From Octopus vulgaris (Eukaryota), in the NCBI GenBank assembly GCA_951406725.2, contig OX597830.1, positions 61,008,001-61,072,000 on the forward strand: DNA of 64,000 nucleotides, written 5' to 3'. The position numbers and the translations under genes were made by a program. The notes under the pieces are model-generated. The model was given only the letters and a program-made list of their open reading frames with translations. It was not told the DNA's origin and searched no databases. This document shows positions 11,908 to 25,000 of the stretch, in pieces (position 1 is the first letter of the stretch; every line of letters begins with the position of its first letter).

Positions 11908-14130
11908 TTTCTTTTATTTTCCTTCAGGGCGATGGATGAAGATGACAACACAATGACAGGCATAAACTGTGGGGATTTACATTCAATGAAATGATATTAA
12001 AAAGTAGAAAGTATACATGGTATACAATAAAAGAAGAAAATTATACATAGTATACATTAAAAAAGGATGAAAAGGATCTGATCCTCTTGGGAAGGATTTC
12101 TAGGGACAATCGTGGAACCCCACCATCCAAGATATCTATGAACACCGAGGTCAGATTTCGTCTCGAAATCTTGTTTGTCGGCTCATAAGCGGATGGTATC
12201 GTTTAGGGAGATACCATCCGCTCTTGCCATTTCTGCAGCATTCACTCACCTTTCAGTAAATTCACTCAGAGACAGAACTTCTGAACTCCCACTTTTCTTT
12301 TCAAGTGAAACTTGAAAAAGTCGATGAGGGTTCTACCAAAGAAGAATATCTTTGTCCTCATGCCCTTCAGCCTCGTTCACCAGACAACCTTTTTCGCTAC
12401 AGCCAACTGTCTTACCTACCCGATTAAAAAAAAAGTGACGGGTAAATCATCATTGTGAACTCGGCCGATAGATGGAGCCGTGTCTCACGCGACAGCAGCT
12501 GTTCAACATATCTCCACATGTTAGCGATACCCGGACGCTAAACGATTGCTTGCAGAACGGTTTCGTCGCCATGCGCACACTCGGACAAGCCCGACTGACA
12601 GAACATCCGTGTCTGTAGAGTTTACCTCGAATCGGTAGCGCCCATCGGTAGCACTGGCAGGCCGAGCCCATCTGGAAATTATCCATAGTAGTTCCTGACT
12701 GAAAAGCTCTCTGGAACAGACTAGCCACTTCGTTTTCGTCGACGTCCAGCGTTTCCTCGAGATCGTTGTCGCACTTCTCCGTCACTAATTCTTTATATAT
12801 TGCTAAAGTGGAACATCTACCGATCCCATTGCCTGACTATGAGCGCCTAACGATACACAAAATTCCAGGTGTCCAGTCTCGGTTTTTCCTTCACTCATGT
12901 CTGTAGTTTCACCAAAGAAACGAGTTGTGGAAAGACGTGCCTCACAAACGAAGCCCGCACCCCGAGCAGTTTAACTGGTCTGCAAGGCCAGTATTCAACA
13001 ACGTTGTCCGACGGCATCGACCTGCCCCTACAAGGGCTCAGCCGCAAGCCCACTGACTTGGCGTTGAATTTGGCTTCCATAACCGACTCATATTCTTTGC
13101 TAACCGTCTCCACTTAAGAGGCGCCCAATACCATGACGCTGACATCGGGCCCATCGGACGGCTTTATTTATTTCGTTTGAGCGCACGGGTCTTAGCTCTG
13201 TCAATGCAGCCTGCGTCTTTCGCAAGAGCCGTTCTCGCTGCTAGTACGTCCGTCGCGATGCCTTTACTAATCGTCTCTTTTAGTTTGCTAGCTACCTCTC
13301 CCTCTAATCTATTTCTTTCTATTGCCAAATCTTTGCTAAACGCTATCGATTCTATTGGTAGCTCTTTACTAAACGCTAAACTCAAATCGATAGGATTTAG
13401 CAAAGAAGACTTCAGGCGATCCATCACAGGTTGTTGGCGATTGCTCCCGTCAAATGCCACTTAACTAATCCGGTAATCTAGTCATTGTAGCTTTTGCGTG
13501 CCGGTAAGGACGCATTCAACTTCCAGTACCGAGTTTCTGTCTATGGATCTTACCCAAATCGACTGTACAGTGGGCTTTGTAGCCGACTGAATTGTGGACA
13601 ACCTGTGCTTTCCATATCCGTTGGCCCAACAAATATTTATCTACATATGATTCATTGAGTTTGCTCCTTGTTCACATCAGAGAAATCCGGTCGATGCCTG
13701 TCAGTCATCTGGAAGTTTCTGAGCAGGTTTTCGAGTTTTTTTGCACCCACTTCTGCTATGTACTAACCTTACACTTTCCGCGCGTCCAAAATAATATTCC
13801 AGTCCCTCACTAGTACTAAAATGTGAAACGTTCTCAGGAATGTTTCTAGTCACCTGAAGACATTTGGCCTTCCAACCCCTGTCGAGGCACATATCTAAAG
13901 GGGCCAACTTCGCTGCCATTCATGTCCAGGACCACTACCTTACCATCTGGGTCGAAGAAGATTGTTCATACTTTTAGATCTAAGGATTTCCGGAATAGCA
14001 CTGCCACATCGTGACCCGCTCCCGACTGACTACAATAAATGGATGCTAGAACTTGCTTCCCGAAAAGATTCAAAACTCTCTTACGACTTACGGAGCTTCA
14101 AATTTTCGTGACTTCACAGTATGGCGACCA
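11905..14130 (-). mobile_element. Tx1/L1-clade non-LTR retrotransposon, degenerate and internally deleted
   Basis: Minus-strand remnants: APE endonuclease (VAVLFRKSLDLKV*TIFFDPDGKVVVLD), RT thumb (EYESVMEAKFNAKSVGLRL...PVKLLGV) and C-terminal zinc-finger region (ALPIRGKLYRHGCSVSRACP). Many stops and frameshifts. Confidence 0.8.
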
Positions 14131-14139
14131 TAATAATTT

Positions 14140-14354
14140 TATGGTTTCGAATTCTGGTACAAGGCCAGTAATTTTGGGGAGGAGGAAAGTCGATTACATC
14201 GACCACAGTATTCAACTGGTACTTATTTTATCGACCCACCAAAGGAAGAAAAGCAAAGTCAACCTCGGCGGAATTGGAACCCAGAACGTGAAAACGGACG
14301 AAATATCGCTAAGAATTTCGCCCGGCGTGCTAACGATTCTGCCAGCTCTCGACC

Positions 14355-14356
<2 letters not shown>
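14140..14356 (-). mobile_element. SINE family A copy
   Basis: Reverse complement of the family at 1196-1424; head abuts (AAT)n. Confidence 0.75.
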
Positions 14357-14401
<45 letters not shown>

Positions 14402-14404
<3 letters not shown>

Positions 14405-14531
14405 TACCTATGCAGAACACTTTCAATACAGTAACCATAAGAGCATCACAACAAACCACAGTACATACCCAAGGCACACAGAGCTGCGCTCGGTAGTGAA
14501 GTGAAAGCACGATATAAAAAATATACTACCG
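14402..14531 (+). mobile_element. 5'-truncated 3' tip of an R4/Dong-like LINE
   Basis: Encodes ...LCRTLSIQ* plus a short UTR; (AAT)n on both sides. Confidence 0.55.
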
Positions 14532-14545
14532 AATAATAATAATAA

Positions 14546-16580
14546 TTGCAGAGCAGGTCAATGCATTGATCGATGGAGAAGAAGAAATCCTGGGCTTGTT
14601 GACAAAAGGACGAAAGATGTGTCTGAAGAATGTATCAAAAGCAAATGCTGTTGATAACTAGAGGAGCAATTGCAGAAGAACTACAAATTTCTTGATGAGA
14701 ACAATATGTTACCGACGGAACAAAAAGGTTGTAGAAGGTGATGCAGAGATACCAAAGATGAATTATTGATAGATAAAATGGTAGTGCAAGATTGTAAACG
14801 AAGGAGAACAAATTTGGGAATGACCTGGATTGACTATTGCAAAGCTTATGATATGATTCCACATTCGTGGATCATGGAGTGCCTAGATCTGTTTGGAATT
14901 GAGAGGAATGTAACGTGTTTTCTGAAAGGAAGTATGGTGGGGTGGAAAACTGGGTCGACATTCTACGGGAAAAGGTTGGGCACCCTTGGCATCAGATGAG
15001 GGATTTTCCTGGGTGACAACTTAGCTCCGTTGCTTTTTGTTTTCTGCATGATCCTTCTGGTCTTGTGAAACCCAGTTAGAATTTTCTTCAGATCGAGTAG
15101 CCCTCGAGAACCTGAGATATCAACTAAAGGGAAAATCTCAAAAACAATCAACCACTTCCTCTTCATGGATGATAAGAAGTTGTATGGCAAGGATGATGCA
15201 CAAGTGAGTTCTTCTGTGAACACGGTCCACAGTTTTAATGCTGATATCGGAATGGCATTTGGACTCAAGAAGTGTGGAATAATGTACCTGAAAAGAGGCA
15301 TGGTACAGTCCCTAGCAGGAATAGAATTACCTAATATAGAACTGATTAAACAAATTGAAACGGAAGGCTAAGACACATTTTGGCATACGGGAGTTCAACG
15401 AAATAATGGAGAAGGAAATGAAAAAGCAACTGAGGATGGAATATTTCCGAAGACTAAGATAAGTGTTGCGCTCAAAATTGACCGGATGGAATAAAATCCA
15501 CGGGCAATGGCACCACTTCGGTTTGGAGCTGGATCCATAAGAAAGAACTGATGAACATTGATACGAAGACAAGAAAAATATTAACAATGCACGGAACCTT
15601 CGACCATCAGAGTGACACCGATATGCTGTACTCGACCAGAAGAAAGGGTGTGAGAGTTGCTAGGATTGTATCGAAGCAGAGGAAAGTAGCTTAGGGTGGT
15701 ATGAGAAAATACCGGGTGACCATTGTTGAAACAGTTGATGTCCGGCGTCATTAAATCTGATAATTGTGTAAAGAAAGAAACAGCATGGAAGGAGAAAAAT
15801 GTACGGTCAGTTTGCAAGATATACGAACGCGAAAACAAATACAGAAGACCAGTAGCTATGGATGAGGAGGAGAGATCTGAAGATAAAGACAGAAGCACTT
15901 ATATGTTTAGCTCAAGAACAAGCGTTGACGACTAACAATATGAAGAACTATGTTAAGAACTATGGCACATCGTTAGCGAATGGCCGAAACTGGTACAACG
16001 TAATTAAAAAAGACGACATGACATTCTGGCAAGAATGATCCATTGGGAGCTCTGTGGAAATCCGGCCTAGAAAAGGTAAAGGCGTGGTATGAGAAAACCT
16101 CAGGAGTCACCGAGAATGAAAACTGCAAAATCCTGTGGGATGCAATGATTCAATGCGATCACCTGACCAGACATCGGAAACTAGACATTGTTGGAGTGAA
16201 AAAAAACAAACATCATGCATGATAATCAACATAGCATGTCTCGGTGAGAACAGAAGCATAGGGAAAGAAGAGAAACTGAACAGCTACGACGATTTGAAGT
16301 GGGAAATACAAAAATTGTGGTCACTAAGAAGAGCAGACATGGTACCAATAGTAATTGGTGCACTTGGAAGTATCATCACTCAACTACCAACATGGTTCAA
16401 AAAGATTGGTACAAATGTAAAGGTAGAACGCCTACAAAAACCAACATTGCTTGGAATTGCAAGAATTCGTCGCAGGGTTCTTGAAGCATGACCAGTAAAG
16501 AAGTGTCACCTTAGTCTGCTGGCTGTAGGCAGCTGACACTTTGCATCATATTCAGCAAAATAAACTATGAGTTTTCAAAC
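14546..16580 (+). mobile_element. R4/Dong-clade (RLE-type) non-LTR retrotransposon, degenerate
   Basis: RT motifs LLIDK...[41 protein letters not shown] and FGLKKCG. C-terminal endonuclease region DIVGV...INIAC...EKLNSYDDLKWEIQKLW...PIVIGALG. Flanked by AAT/CAA tracts. Confidence 0.88.
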
Positions 16581-16740
16581 AATAACAACGACGACAACAA
16601 CAACAACAACAACAACAACCCTTTCTACTAAAGGCACAAGGTATGAAATTTTGGTGGAGGGGAAAATCGATTACATCGACTGCAATATCGATCCGCTAAG
16701 CATTTACCCCGGCTTGCTAACGATTTTGCCATCTCTCCAG

Positions 16741-16806
<66 letters not shown>

Positions 16807-16900
16807 TAATAATAATAATAATAATAATAATCATTTCTACTATAGGTACAAGTCCAGCAGTAACAACAACAACAACAATAATAAACACATACATACATAT

Positions 16901-16977
<77 letters not shown>

Positions 16978-16984
16978 CATAAAA

Positions 16985-17380
16985 AAATATATATATATTA
17001 AATACAAAAATGGGACAAGAACGCAAAACATCCAGACAGGTGATGCAAAAAGGGACAACAAAACATCCAGACAGACGATACAAGGAAAATAAGGACGAGT
17101 CATTCAGAGTTTTCTTTCTTCAGTCGAGTTCCAGATCATCTTTACAATTTCGGCTGGTTATACTCGAGATTGCTCCAATCTGGCCAGCCCCAAAGAAAAA
17201 TATAAGCTAAGGTTCCTTGGAAGAAAGCAGCGAATGTATACGAAAAGAAGGACGGAAAAAAACAGAAACGTTACACAAATACAAATGCAATTAACAGGAC
17301 ATAACAACAGGTGTCTATCGACTAAGGACGAATTAAATTAAGCTGGCATGTGTGGAAGTAAAGCCTTACGGCAGGGAAAT
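16985..17380 (-). mobile_element. (TA)n-associated repeat, Penelope-like terminal region; related inverted copy at 41905-42318
   Basis: Shares GGCTGG...CAGCCGAAATT...GATGATC...GACTGAAGA blocks with 42130-42210. The superfamily call is tentative. Confidence 0.45.
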
Positions 17381-17713
17381 ATGATTTAACAGGCACAGGG
17401 AAGAATATTGATATTGCACGGATAGTAGTTGAACCAAGAGAGAAAGGTCAGGCCTGGCCGAACACCGGTCACGTGGGGAGAGAAGAGAGAGAGGTAGAGG
17501 CAGAGGGATAGAAGAATTAAGGAGGGGCAAGAAAAAATAAATGAAAGAGACACAGTGAAGTGAAAGAGGAGGGAAAGTGAGCGTGAAGAGAAGGCCAGGA
17601 AATGTGAGAGAGGGGGAACAAAAGAACGAAGAGTGGAATGAACGAAATGTGAAAAGGGCTGATAGAAAGAAGGAAAGAAAGAAAGAATTGAAAGAATAAT
17701 AGAGTCGTACAAA

Positions 17714-17785
<72 letters not shown>

Positions 17786-17838
17786 AGATCACCCCACTGG
17801 TTAAGCGAGCAGGCCAATATATATATATATATATATAT

Positions 17839-18035
17839 ATTTATTATATAGAAGGAGCTTCTACAGGACTAGAACTGTTTCATTCAAGAGAAATCTTCAG
17901 GAAGCTCCTGAAGATTTCTCTTGAATGAAACAGTTCTAGTCCTGTAGAAGCTCCTTCTATATAATAAATTAATTTTACTCTGCTATGTATTGAGTACCTT
18001 ATTTACTGTGGTTAACCCCGAATCAACCCGGGACC

Positions 18036-18040
<5 letters not shown>
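17839..18040. mobile_element. Penelope-like terminal fragment with ~63-bp inverted arms
   Basis: 17839-17902 is the reverse complement of 17906-17969. It carries the same AATAAA...TTACTCT...GAGTAC tail as the 6.4-kb element and is flanked by (TA)n. Confidence 0.7.
17856..17906 (-). ncRNA. Type-I hammerhead ribozyme motif
   Basis: Minus strand reads AGCTTC CTGAAGA TTTCTCTTGAAT GAA ACAG TTCTAGTC CTGT A GAAGCT. This gives a 6-bp stem I, an intact CUGANGA/GAAA core, a 4-bp stem III, a UA cleavage site and a weak stem II with a U-U closing pair. Confidence 0.7.
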
Positions 18041-18069
<29 letters not shown>

Positions 18070-18199
18070 ATAGCAAAATATATAGCAATACAATTTCGCT
18101 ACGAAATATTTGCCAAAGGCATTAAAAGTGCTCCCTCTCATTTTCTTTTCTCTCCCTAAGTAAAGAATATTCAGGGTAAGGTTATTCAACATTACAAGG

Positions 18200-20705
18200 G
18201 TTAGCACACCCATTCACCTTCTAATAGGAACATTAGAATGTACAGCCCTCTCTATCGCTATTTTTGCTTCATGTGGTCCTAATTGATTAGAAAAATTCCA
18301 GTCTTTAAGCTTTTCAAACAAGTCCATTGGCGCAACCTCTTTCGCCATACCCGCCAAGCAGTGAAAGTCAACCCAATTTTCCCTACTAAAAGAAAGTAAC
18401 GTGTCTTCCCTATACGTTCGGATGACAGTCAGTTCTGTTCTACACTTGACAGTAGCTGTTCGACTCAAGCTCACAAGTCGCTAACCCATTGAAGGATAGC
18501 GTGCAGGACGGTTTTGTCGTTTTGCGCGCGTCATGCTCAGATTCAGCTGTTACCACTTCCATGCTTGTACAGCTCGTCCCAAACAGATAATGCTCCTTGT
18601 AGCACTGCTATGCCAAGGACTTTTAGGACTTGCTTATAACCCCCGACTTAAGAGTTCTCCAGAAGAGACTGCTCAGACTATTCATATTAACCTTTAGGTT
18701 AACTTATCTTAGGTTTTCTTAGCTGAAAATTTTCAGATAACTTCCATTTTGTTGTCGTTCCTATTACGAACATGTCTAATTACTCACATTATGTGTCTTT
18801 CTCTCTTCGTTTACCATGATTTCTCCTACCAATCTACCCTGCTAACTTTCGTCCTATTTGTTTCGAGCAATCTCTATCTCTTCTACCTTTCTTGGCATTG
18901 CTGTCGTACTGTACGTTACAATAATGAAAAAATTCAGACCCTCAGCTAACCTTATTTAGAAATCTATTGTTCTTACGCCGAAGATATTGTCCATCTAGTA
19001 GGGTGCTGTGAAATTTAGCAACATTCTAGACGTTAAACATCAACCTCGGTCTACACCTGATCCATGATTGCAGATCGCTCAAAGAAACGAGCAGAAGAAA
19101 TACCTGTGAGATAGACGCCCACACCAGTTCGCCCTTGTTTTCGTTGATGACTCCTTTACAGTAGGCCAGATATTTCTGTAGATGCGCCAGTCTCACTGCA
19201 TACCTAGTCACAACAAGGATGGCGTCCTGAGACCATCACAAAGTTGCTATTGACAGCAGATGGATTTCTTGACCATAAGGAGTAGAAAAGTATGCACCTA
19301 AATCTAGTCAGATGTTTCTTGGTATAAGGCACGACGGTCAGGAGTGGTACACCACCGGAATGATGTAGGCATTAACTACTTCCTACCCCGACTTTCAGTG
19401 ATAACGTTTAATTTCTGAGTAAAAATGGCTACTGTAACCGCAACTTCTTCGCCATCTCTATCCAATTAGTCCAAGCACTTTCATCTGGCCCTCAATTCAG
19501 CGACAGAAATTGTTATCCAACAAGGATTTACCTCTCCAAGTACCGAGTTACAAGCTCACCGATTTGTTCCGGTTGATCTACTCTGTCAGTTTAGTATCTA
19601 CCGCCTGTATAACCGATGTGGCCGGTACCATGAAGTGGCGTCGTCAGTAGATGCCAACACGGCTCTCTCGTGGCTCACTTTGAGCGCAATAACCTTCGAA
19701 ACCGCCATCTTCAGCAGCAAACACTGAAAAGCTAAAACATACACGTGATGGGGTTAAAGGGCAACCTAATAAACCGAGCGCTCGATACTAAGCAGTTCTA
19801 AGAGGTGGCCATTTGATCTGAACATTGAAGATATTCCGTTCTTCATTGTAGTAATCTAGCCTTCCTTTCGTTGTTGTTCATAGGAAAGTCATTGGCTCCC
19901 GTCAGCGCGCAAGTAATCACTAGTCTTCAGACTGTCACCTTCGCTGCACGTGCAAAACTGCCAGTCTATTGACAGGGTTTAGGAAAACTGTACAGACCTT
20001 TATGTATATGCCTTTCCGAAACAGCAACGCCGCAACACCTGATCCAGGTCTAGCGAGGAAAGAAGAAACTTTGTAGGACAAGTGATTCAGTTTCAGAAAT
20101 CTTGGTCTCCTTAATGACTGCCGCATCCAGCTGTAGTAACCCGACTTTGTTAAGGTGTCCCACTAACCAGCCGATACCAGATTACGAGCATTTATGCAGG
20201 CTAATTTCAGTACAAGTTTCACAGGTTTCGTACGGACTCTCAGAATGTTTTGTCCAGAAAAGTTTTGAAGTTTCCTGCAAAGCGTGAGAAACGCTGTCTG
20301 AAAATGTGATACGTTTCTAGTATAGTTCTAACCAGAACCTAACCGTATAGAATTTTGGAAATGGCAAGCACACTAAGACCCTGACTCGTAGTGAACATTT
20401 TGTTCATAAACTCCATCACTGTGCAACTGAGGGTTCTCTTTGCTATGTTTTGTGGATCTTCTGGTGTCTCTCTTGCTGTTACTGTGGCTGTTGTGGTTTC
20501 TGTTCTTAGTGTTACGATTGTTGGTTTGTCTCTTATTGTGATTGTTACTGTTCTGGTGTCTGCTCTCTCCTGTTCTGGTGTTACTGTTGCTATGGTTGCT
20601 GTTCTGATTGTTAGCTTTCTGCTTGGCTTAAGTGTTTGATACTGCCTTTTACAGAGATGTTTCGTTTGGTACCACAAAACTTTTGGTTGTCAATCTCGAC
20701 GCCAT
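18200..20705 (-). mobile_element. Tx1/L1-clade non-LTR retrotransposon, second degenerate copy
   Basis: APE start LKLACINARNL...DAAVIKETKI and GSGVAALLFRK; RT NGHLLELLSIERSVY*GCPLTP and KRLSLKV..VVNAYIIPVVYH; C-terminal DELYKHGS...VLHAILQ. Possible ORF1 remnant at 20340-20705. Confidence 0.75.
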
Positions 20706-21005
20706 ATTATATTTTGAAATATTTTTCAGATGAAAGGAAATGGCTTTTGAAATTATAGTATCAATGAATATTCTGACTGTAAAAAATTTTGCTTGCTTAA
20801 AAAACAACAAAAAACCCCCTCAAGAACATCAATCATGTGATCTCTGCTATATGCAATTGCTCCAGACAGCTAAGCGTCCATTCAATGGGAATTGCCTTCG
20901 AATATGTTTATTGTATGAACATTGCATGGACATATTGTACAAAGGTGTAGAACTGTATTGAAATCTTATCCCGAAATGATTGAAAACCAATTAAAGATAC
21001 GCTTT

Positions 21006-21418
21006 GGATCTTTTCGGTTTGAACGGCAGTTTTTAAAAATAATTTTCACGTAACTAAATACTTTTAAACTTCGGATACTGGTAGAATGTGTTTATAAAAC
21101 ATCTTTTTCTCTTGGCTTTATTGAGAAAATTCTATAGTTTGTAAGATATTTGTTTTTTTTCTTCAATTTCTGCAATTTCAACCAATCAATGACGTCTATT
21201 GAGGTGAAAGCATTCCGTGCCGTATGAATATGTCCCTCGTTTAAGAAACAGATTGGGTTTATTTACATTTGTGAAGAAAAAAGATACCCTTCCCCCCACT
21301 CCTAACCCTAACCCTAAAACAGATTGAAATGCAATAGATCGATACCAGGGTCATAATTATGGGTGACAATTTCATATGACACCGCTAGAAAAAACTGCCG
21401 TTCAAACCGAAAAGATTC
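21006..21418. mobile_element. Merlin-like non-autonomous DNA transposon (MITE)
   Basis: TIRs GGATCTTTTCGGTTTGAACGGCAGTTTTT / AAAAACTGCCGTTCAAACCGAAAAGATTC and a perfect 8-bp TSD TACGCTTT. GG termini with an 8-bp TSD fit Merlin. Internal (CCCTAA)n. Confidence 0.8.
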
Positions 21419-24082
21419 TACGCTTTCACTAACATAGCAGCGGTAAAAGGACGGGAAACAAAATGGGTAAGTGGGGCAAAAGAGTAATTTTTGATTTCTC
21501 GTTATTTCCATTATCATTGCAAGTATTGCATCATTATTTTGTACTGTTGCATCATCTTTGAGAATAAAAATTGATGAGCATAGTTGTAGTTGTTGTTGTT
21601 GTTGAAGTTGTGAGTTTGAAACATAGTCAGGAGACAGCAACTTTTATTTGTAATTGAGATTGCTAATGGAATATCTGGATAGTTTTTGGTGTTTAACAAT
21701 CAATATTCTTTTCTATGTTGGATTCCAAGTCAACTTTTTCGCGCACTCATGTCTAATTTAATAATTTTTTAAAAATGGTGAGGTAAAATGAGAAATAACT
21801 AATTCTAATAATTTCTTCTCTGTTACTGCGTAAACATACCAGGAAGCGAGCCACTCCAGCAGATCGCGAAGAACATATTGAGAATATTTTGTGTTGAGTT
21901 TACAGATTTAGTCGAGCTTCGTTAATTTCATATCATGCACCACTTTCCACGACCCCCTTTCATTTGACCTATATATTAAAATGTGAGTCGCAATTCTGAT
22001 CTTTCTGTGGTCTAAGGATGGATATTGATATGTATGAGTCTTTTTTCAAATATAATTCCGGAGAATTGAAAAGGCAGATTTACTTTACTTTGTCTTACTC
22101 ATTTTATCCCAGTTAAATTTGTCTGTTGTATACTCAAGGAGAACGAAGATGATTTTCTGAAATAGGGTTCTGAATATGTTATATGCATTTAGAGAAGGCC
22201 GTTCACTTAGCTGATATAGTTTTCGTAAGGTTATGAACATTTGTAAAAAATACATTTTTTTCTCAGTGTCAAACATGCAGTAAATATTACCTACTGTACC
22301 TCCCCATTACTATATAATTCTTCAACCATACAGAGAGACAATTTTTGATATGTTTGAAAGAACCTAGTCTGATCGCGTTCACAAAAGTGAATGGAGTATC
22401 TTAGAATATGTACCATCCGTCATCCGGATTGTTCAAACATATTTTATGCTGTTTCAATGAGAAATTTTAAATTTTTGTTCTAGATTCACTTGCATTAAAT
22501 AATAGAATTACTAAGTTCCAGCAAATGCGTTATGAAAAATTCCTTGATTCCCTTGAGCAATCAAGGTTAAAAAAAATATTTGAAAAAATATTTTCCTTCC
22601 CTCTACGCTTGCTAAAAGCCCTTTTAATCTAATTCCATTTGCCTTTCTCTTTACTTTCTTTCCACTCGCATTTTCCTTCACATTCGTTATTCTAAACAAA
22701 TTCATTTATAAAAGCTTATTTATGCAAGTTTTTATCCTATCTGTCAGTGTTTTCCTTACGCGAACCCACACTAATCCTTTTTCCTGTATTATCTTCCCCT
22801 CTCGTCTTTTTTCTTCCGCTCCTTAACTGACATATCTCATACCCTTTCTCCTACGTCTCTACCCTTCTTTTTTTTATCTTTTAAATTTTACTCTGTATAG
22901 AACAGTCCTGTGCCCAACTAATAAGATCCCTTCATGTCAATATTATTCAATAAAAGCTTGCCAAGCTACTCCTTTGTTCCACTGCTCCCAATTAAATTTT
23001 CTCTTTTCTCCTTACCATCTTGCTCACACGGAAAAGTAAGGCTCAGAGTAACGGGAGTTTTCGGCTAACAACGTATGTTTGCATGGCTCAGTGGGTAGGG
23101 CATTGAGCTTACAGTCATGGGGCTGTGAGTTCGATTCCTGGACCTAGCTGTGTGTTGTGTTCTTTATTTCACGTTAGTCTAGTTGCAAAAATGAGTTGCG
23201 ATGTCACGGGTACCAAGTTGTATCGGCATTTGCTTTTTCCTTGAACAATTTCGGTGGCGTGGAAAGGAAAGACCTGTATGCATGGGTGACTTCTGGTCTT
23301 CTACAAACAACCTTGCCCAGATTTGTGTCTCGGAGGGGAACTTTCTGGGTGCAATCTCATGGTCATTCCTCACCGAATGGGTCTTTACCTTTCATACACC
23401 CCCCACACATATATATCTGTCTGCCCCTCTCTCTCCCTCACTCTTCCTCCTTTGCTCTCTCGTTGTTCACACGTGACCAGCGGCCATATTTCTTTTCCTA
23501 ACTTGAGTTTCTCTCTTTCCTTCCGATCAGTGGCAGAGATCAGATCCATTCTTGTCTGTCTCCTGTCAAAGCTTGTTTCTCCAGTGTTCGCCACCTCACC
23601 TCGTTAAGGCTTAGCAGCCCTTTCTGTCTGTTTTCACTGTCCGCAAAATCTCAAATTTTATTTAATTTAGACTGTGGTCAAAGTGCATCCAAAAAGCTGA
23701 CTTTATCAGATTTGTCAAAATCTGTCTCTCTAACATAATGAAATTAAAGCATATTTCACAATCACACACGTCTCGCGTTTCTTTTGCGGTTCAGTGCATT
23801 TGTATATGTATGTCTGTGTTTGTGAACGTCTCTGTGTCCATTTCCTTAGCGAGGAAAGCTCTCTCCACTCGGAAATACTATAAACGCAAATACTAAATAC
23901 TAAATACTATATACGTGAGTATCATGTAAGGCTAGATATGGAAGCGACGACCTCCCTTGCAAATGCCATACGGACACAGACTGTGTGTCGATGGCCAGCT
24001 GGAAAAGATGTTTTCCCTAGGGCTCACAACAGTAACATCGTCCTTTATAGGACTGACACATTCTGTTGGCATATGAACTTTA

Positions 24083-24140
<58 letters not shown>

Positions 24141-24185
24141 ATATATATATATATTTATATACATATGTATGTATATATACGTATG

Positions 24186-24218
<33 letters not shown>

Positions 24219-24315
24219 ATATATCTATATCTAATTATATATGCATGTATATATCTATCTATATATCTATCTATCTATCTATCTATATATTTATATATAT
24301 GTATATATATACATG

Positions 24316-24348
<33 letters not shown>

Positions 24349-24794
24349 AAATATGTATGTCTGCATGTGAATGTCTATGTCTGTCCATGTCTGTGTTCAT
24401 GTTTACACCGGTTAAAAAGATATTGTGTTTATGTTGAATTTGTGGCCTACAAGTCAGCTGTTCGATAAGTAGAGAATGATAAAGTAAATGCCAGAAAGAA
24501 ATATGTACAGAGATCTATATGACGAAGGTGATGCCCCAGTATGGGCGCAGTCAACGAAAGAATAAACGAACAATGCAATTCAAAACAACTCAAATTCTAT
24601 TCAAGAAACAGATGAAACAACAAAGAAACAACAAAGAAACAACAAAGAAACAACAAAGAAACAACAAAGCAACGTTGGAAACCATTGAAGATGCAAAACA
24701 CGAGAGAATAAATAAGATGAAATGGTTAGACACAGTCCAAGAAGACAGAAATGTACCTGCTGGTCAAAAAGAAACTTGCCTCAGACGACTGATA

Positions 24795-25000
24795 ATGATT
24801 TCAAATTTCTGGAAGGCCAGTAATTTCGAAGGAGACTCTAAGTTCATTACATCGACCCTAGTGTTCAACTGGTACTTAATTTATCGATCCTGAAAGTATG
24901 AAATGCAAAGTCGACCTCGGCGGAATTTGAACTCAGAACGTAACGACGGACGAAATGCCGCTAAGCATTTTTCCCAGCGTGCTAAGGATTCTGCCAGCTC
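24795..25000 (-). mobile_element. SINE family A copy
   Basis: Reverse-complement match to family A (AAAGTCGACCTCGGCGGAATTTGAACTCAGAACGT). Confidence 0.75.

Noticed and set aside
21540-22700. Possible additional gag or CR1 remnants (SPDYVSNS, ILEY)
   Set aside because: The motifs are too short and degraded to assign without a profile search.
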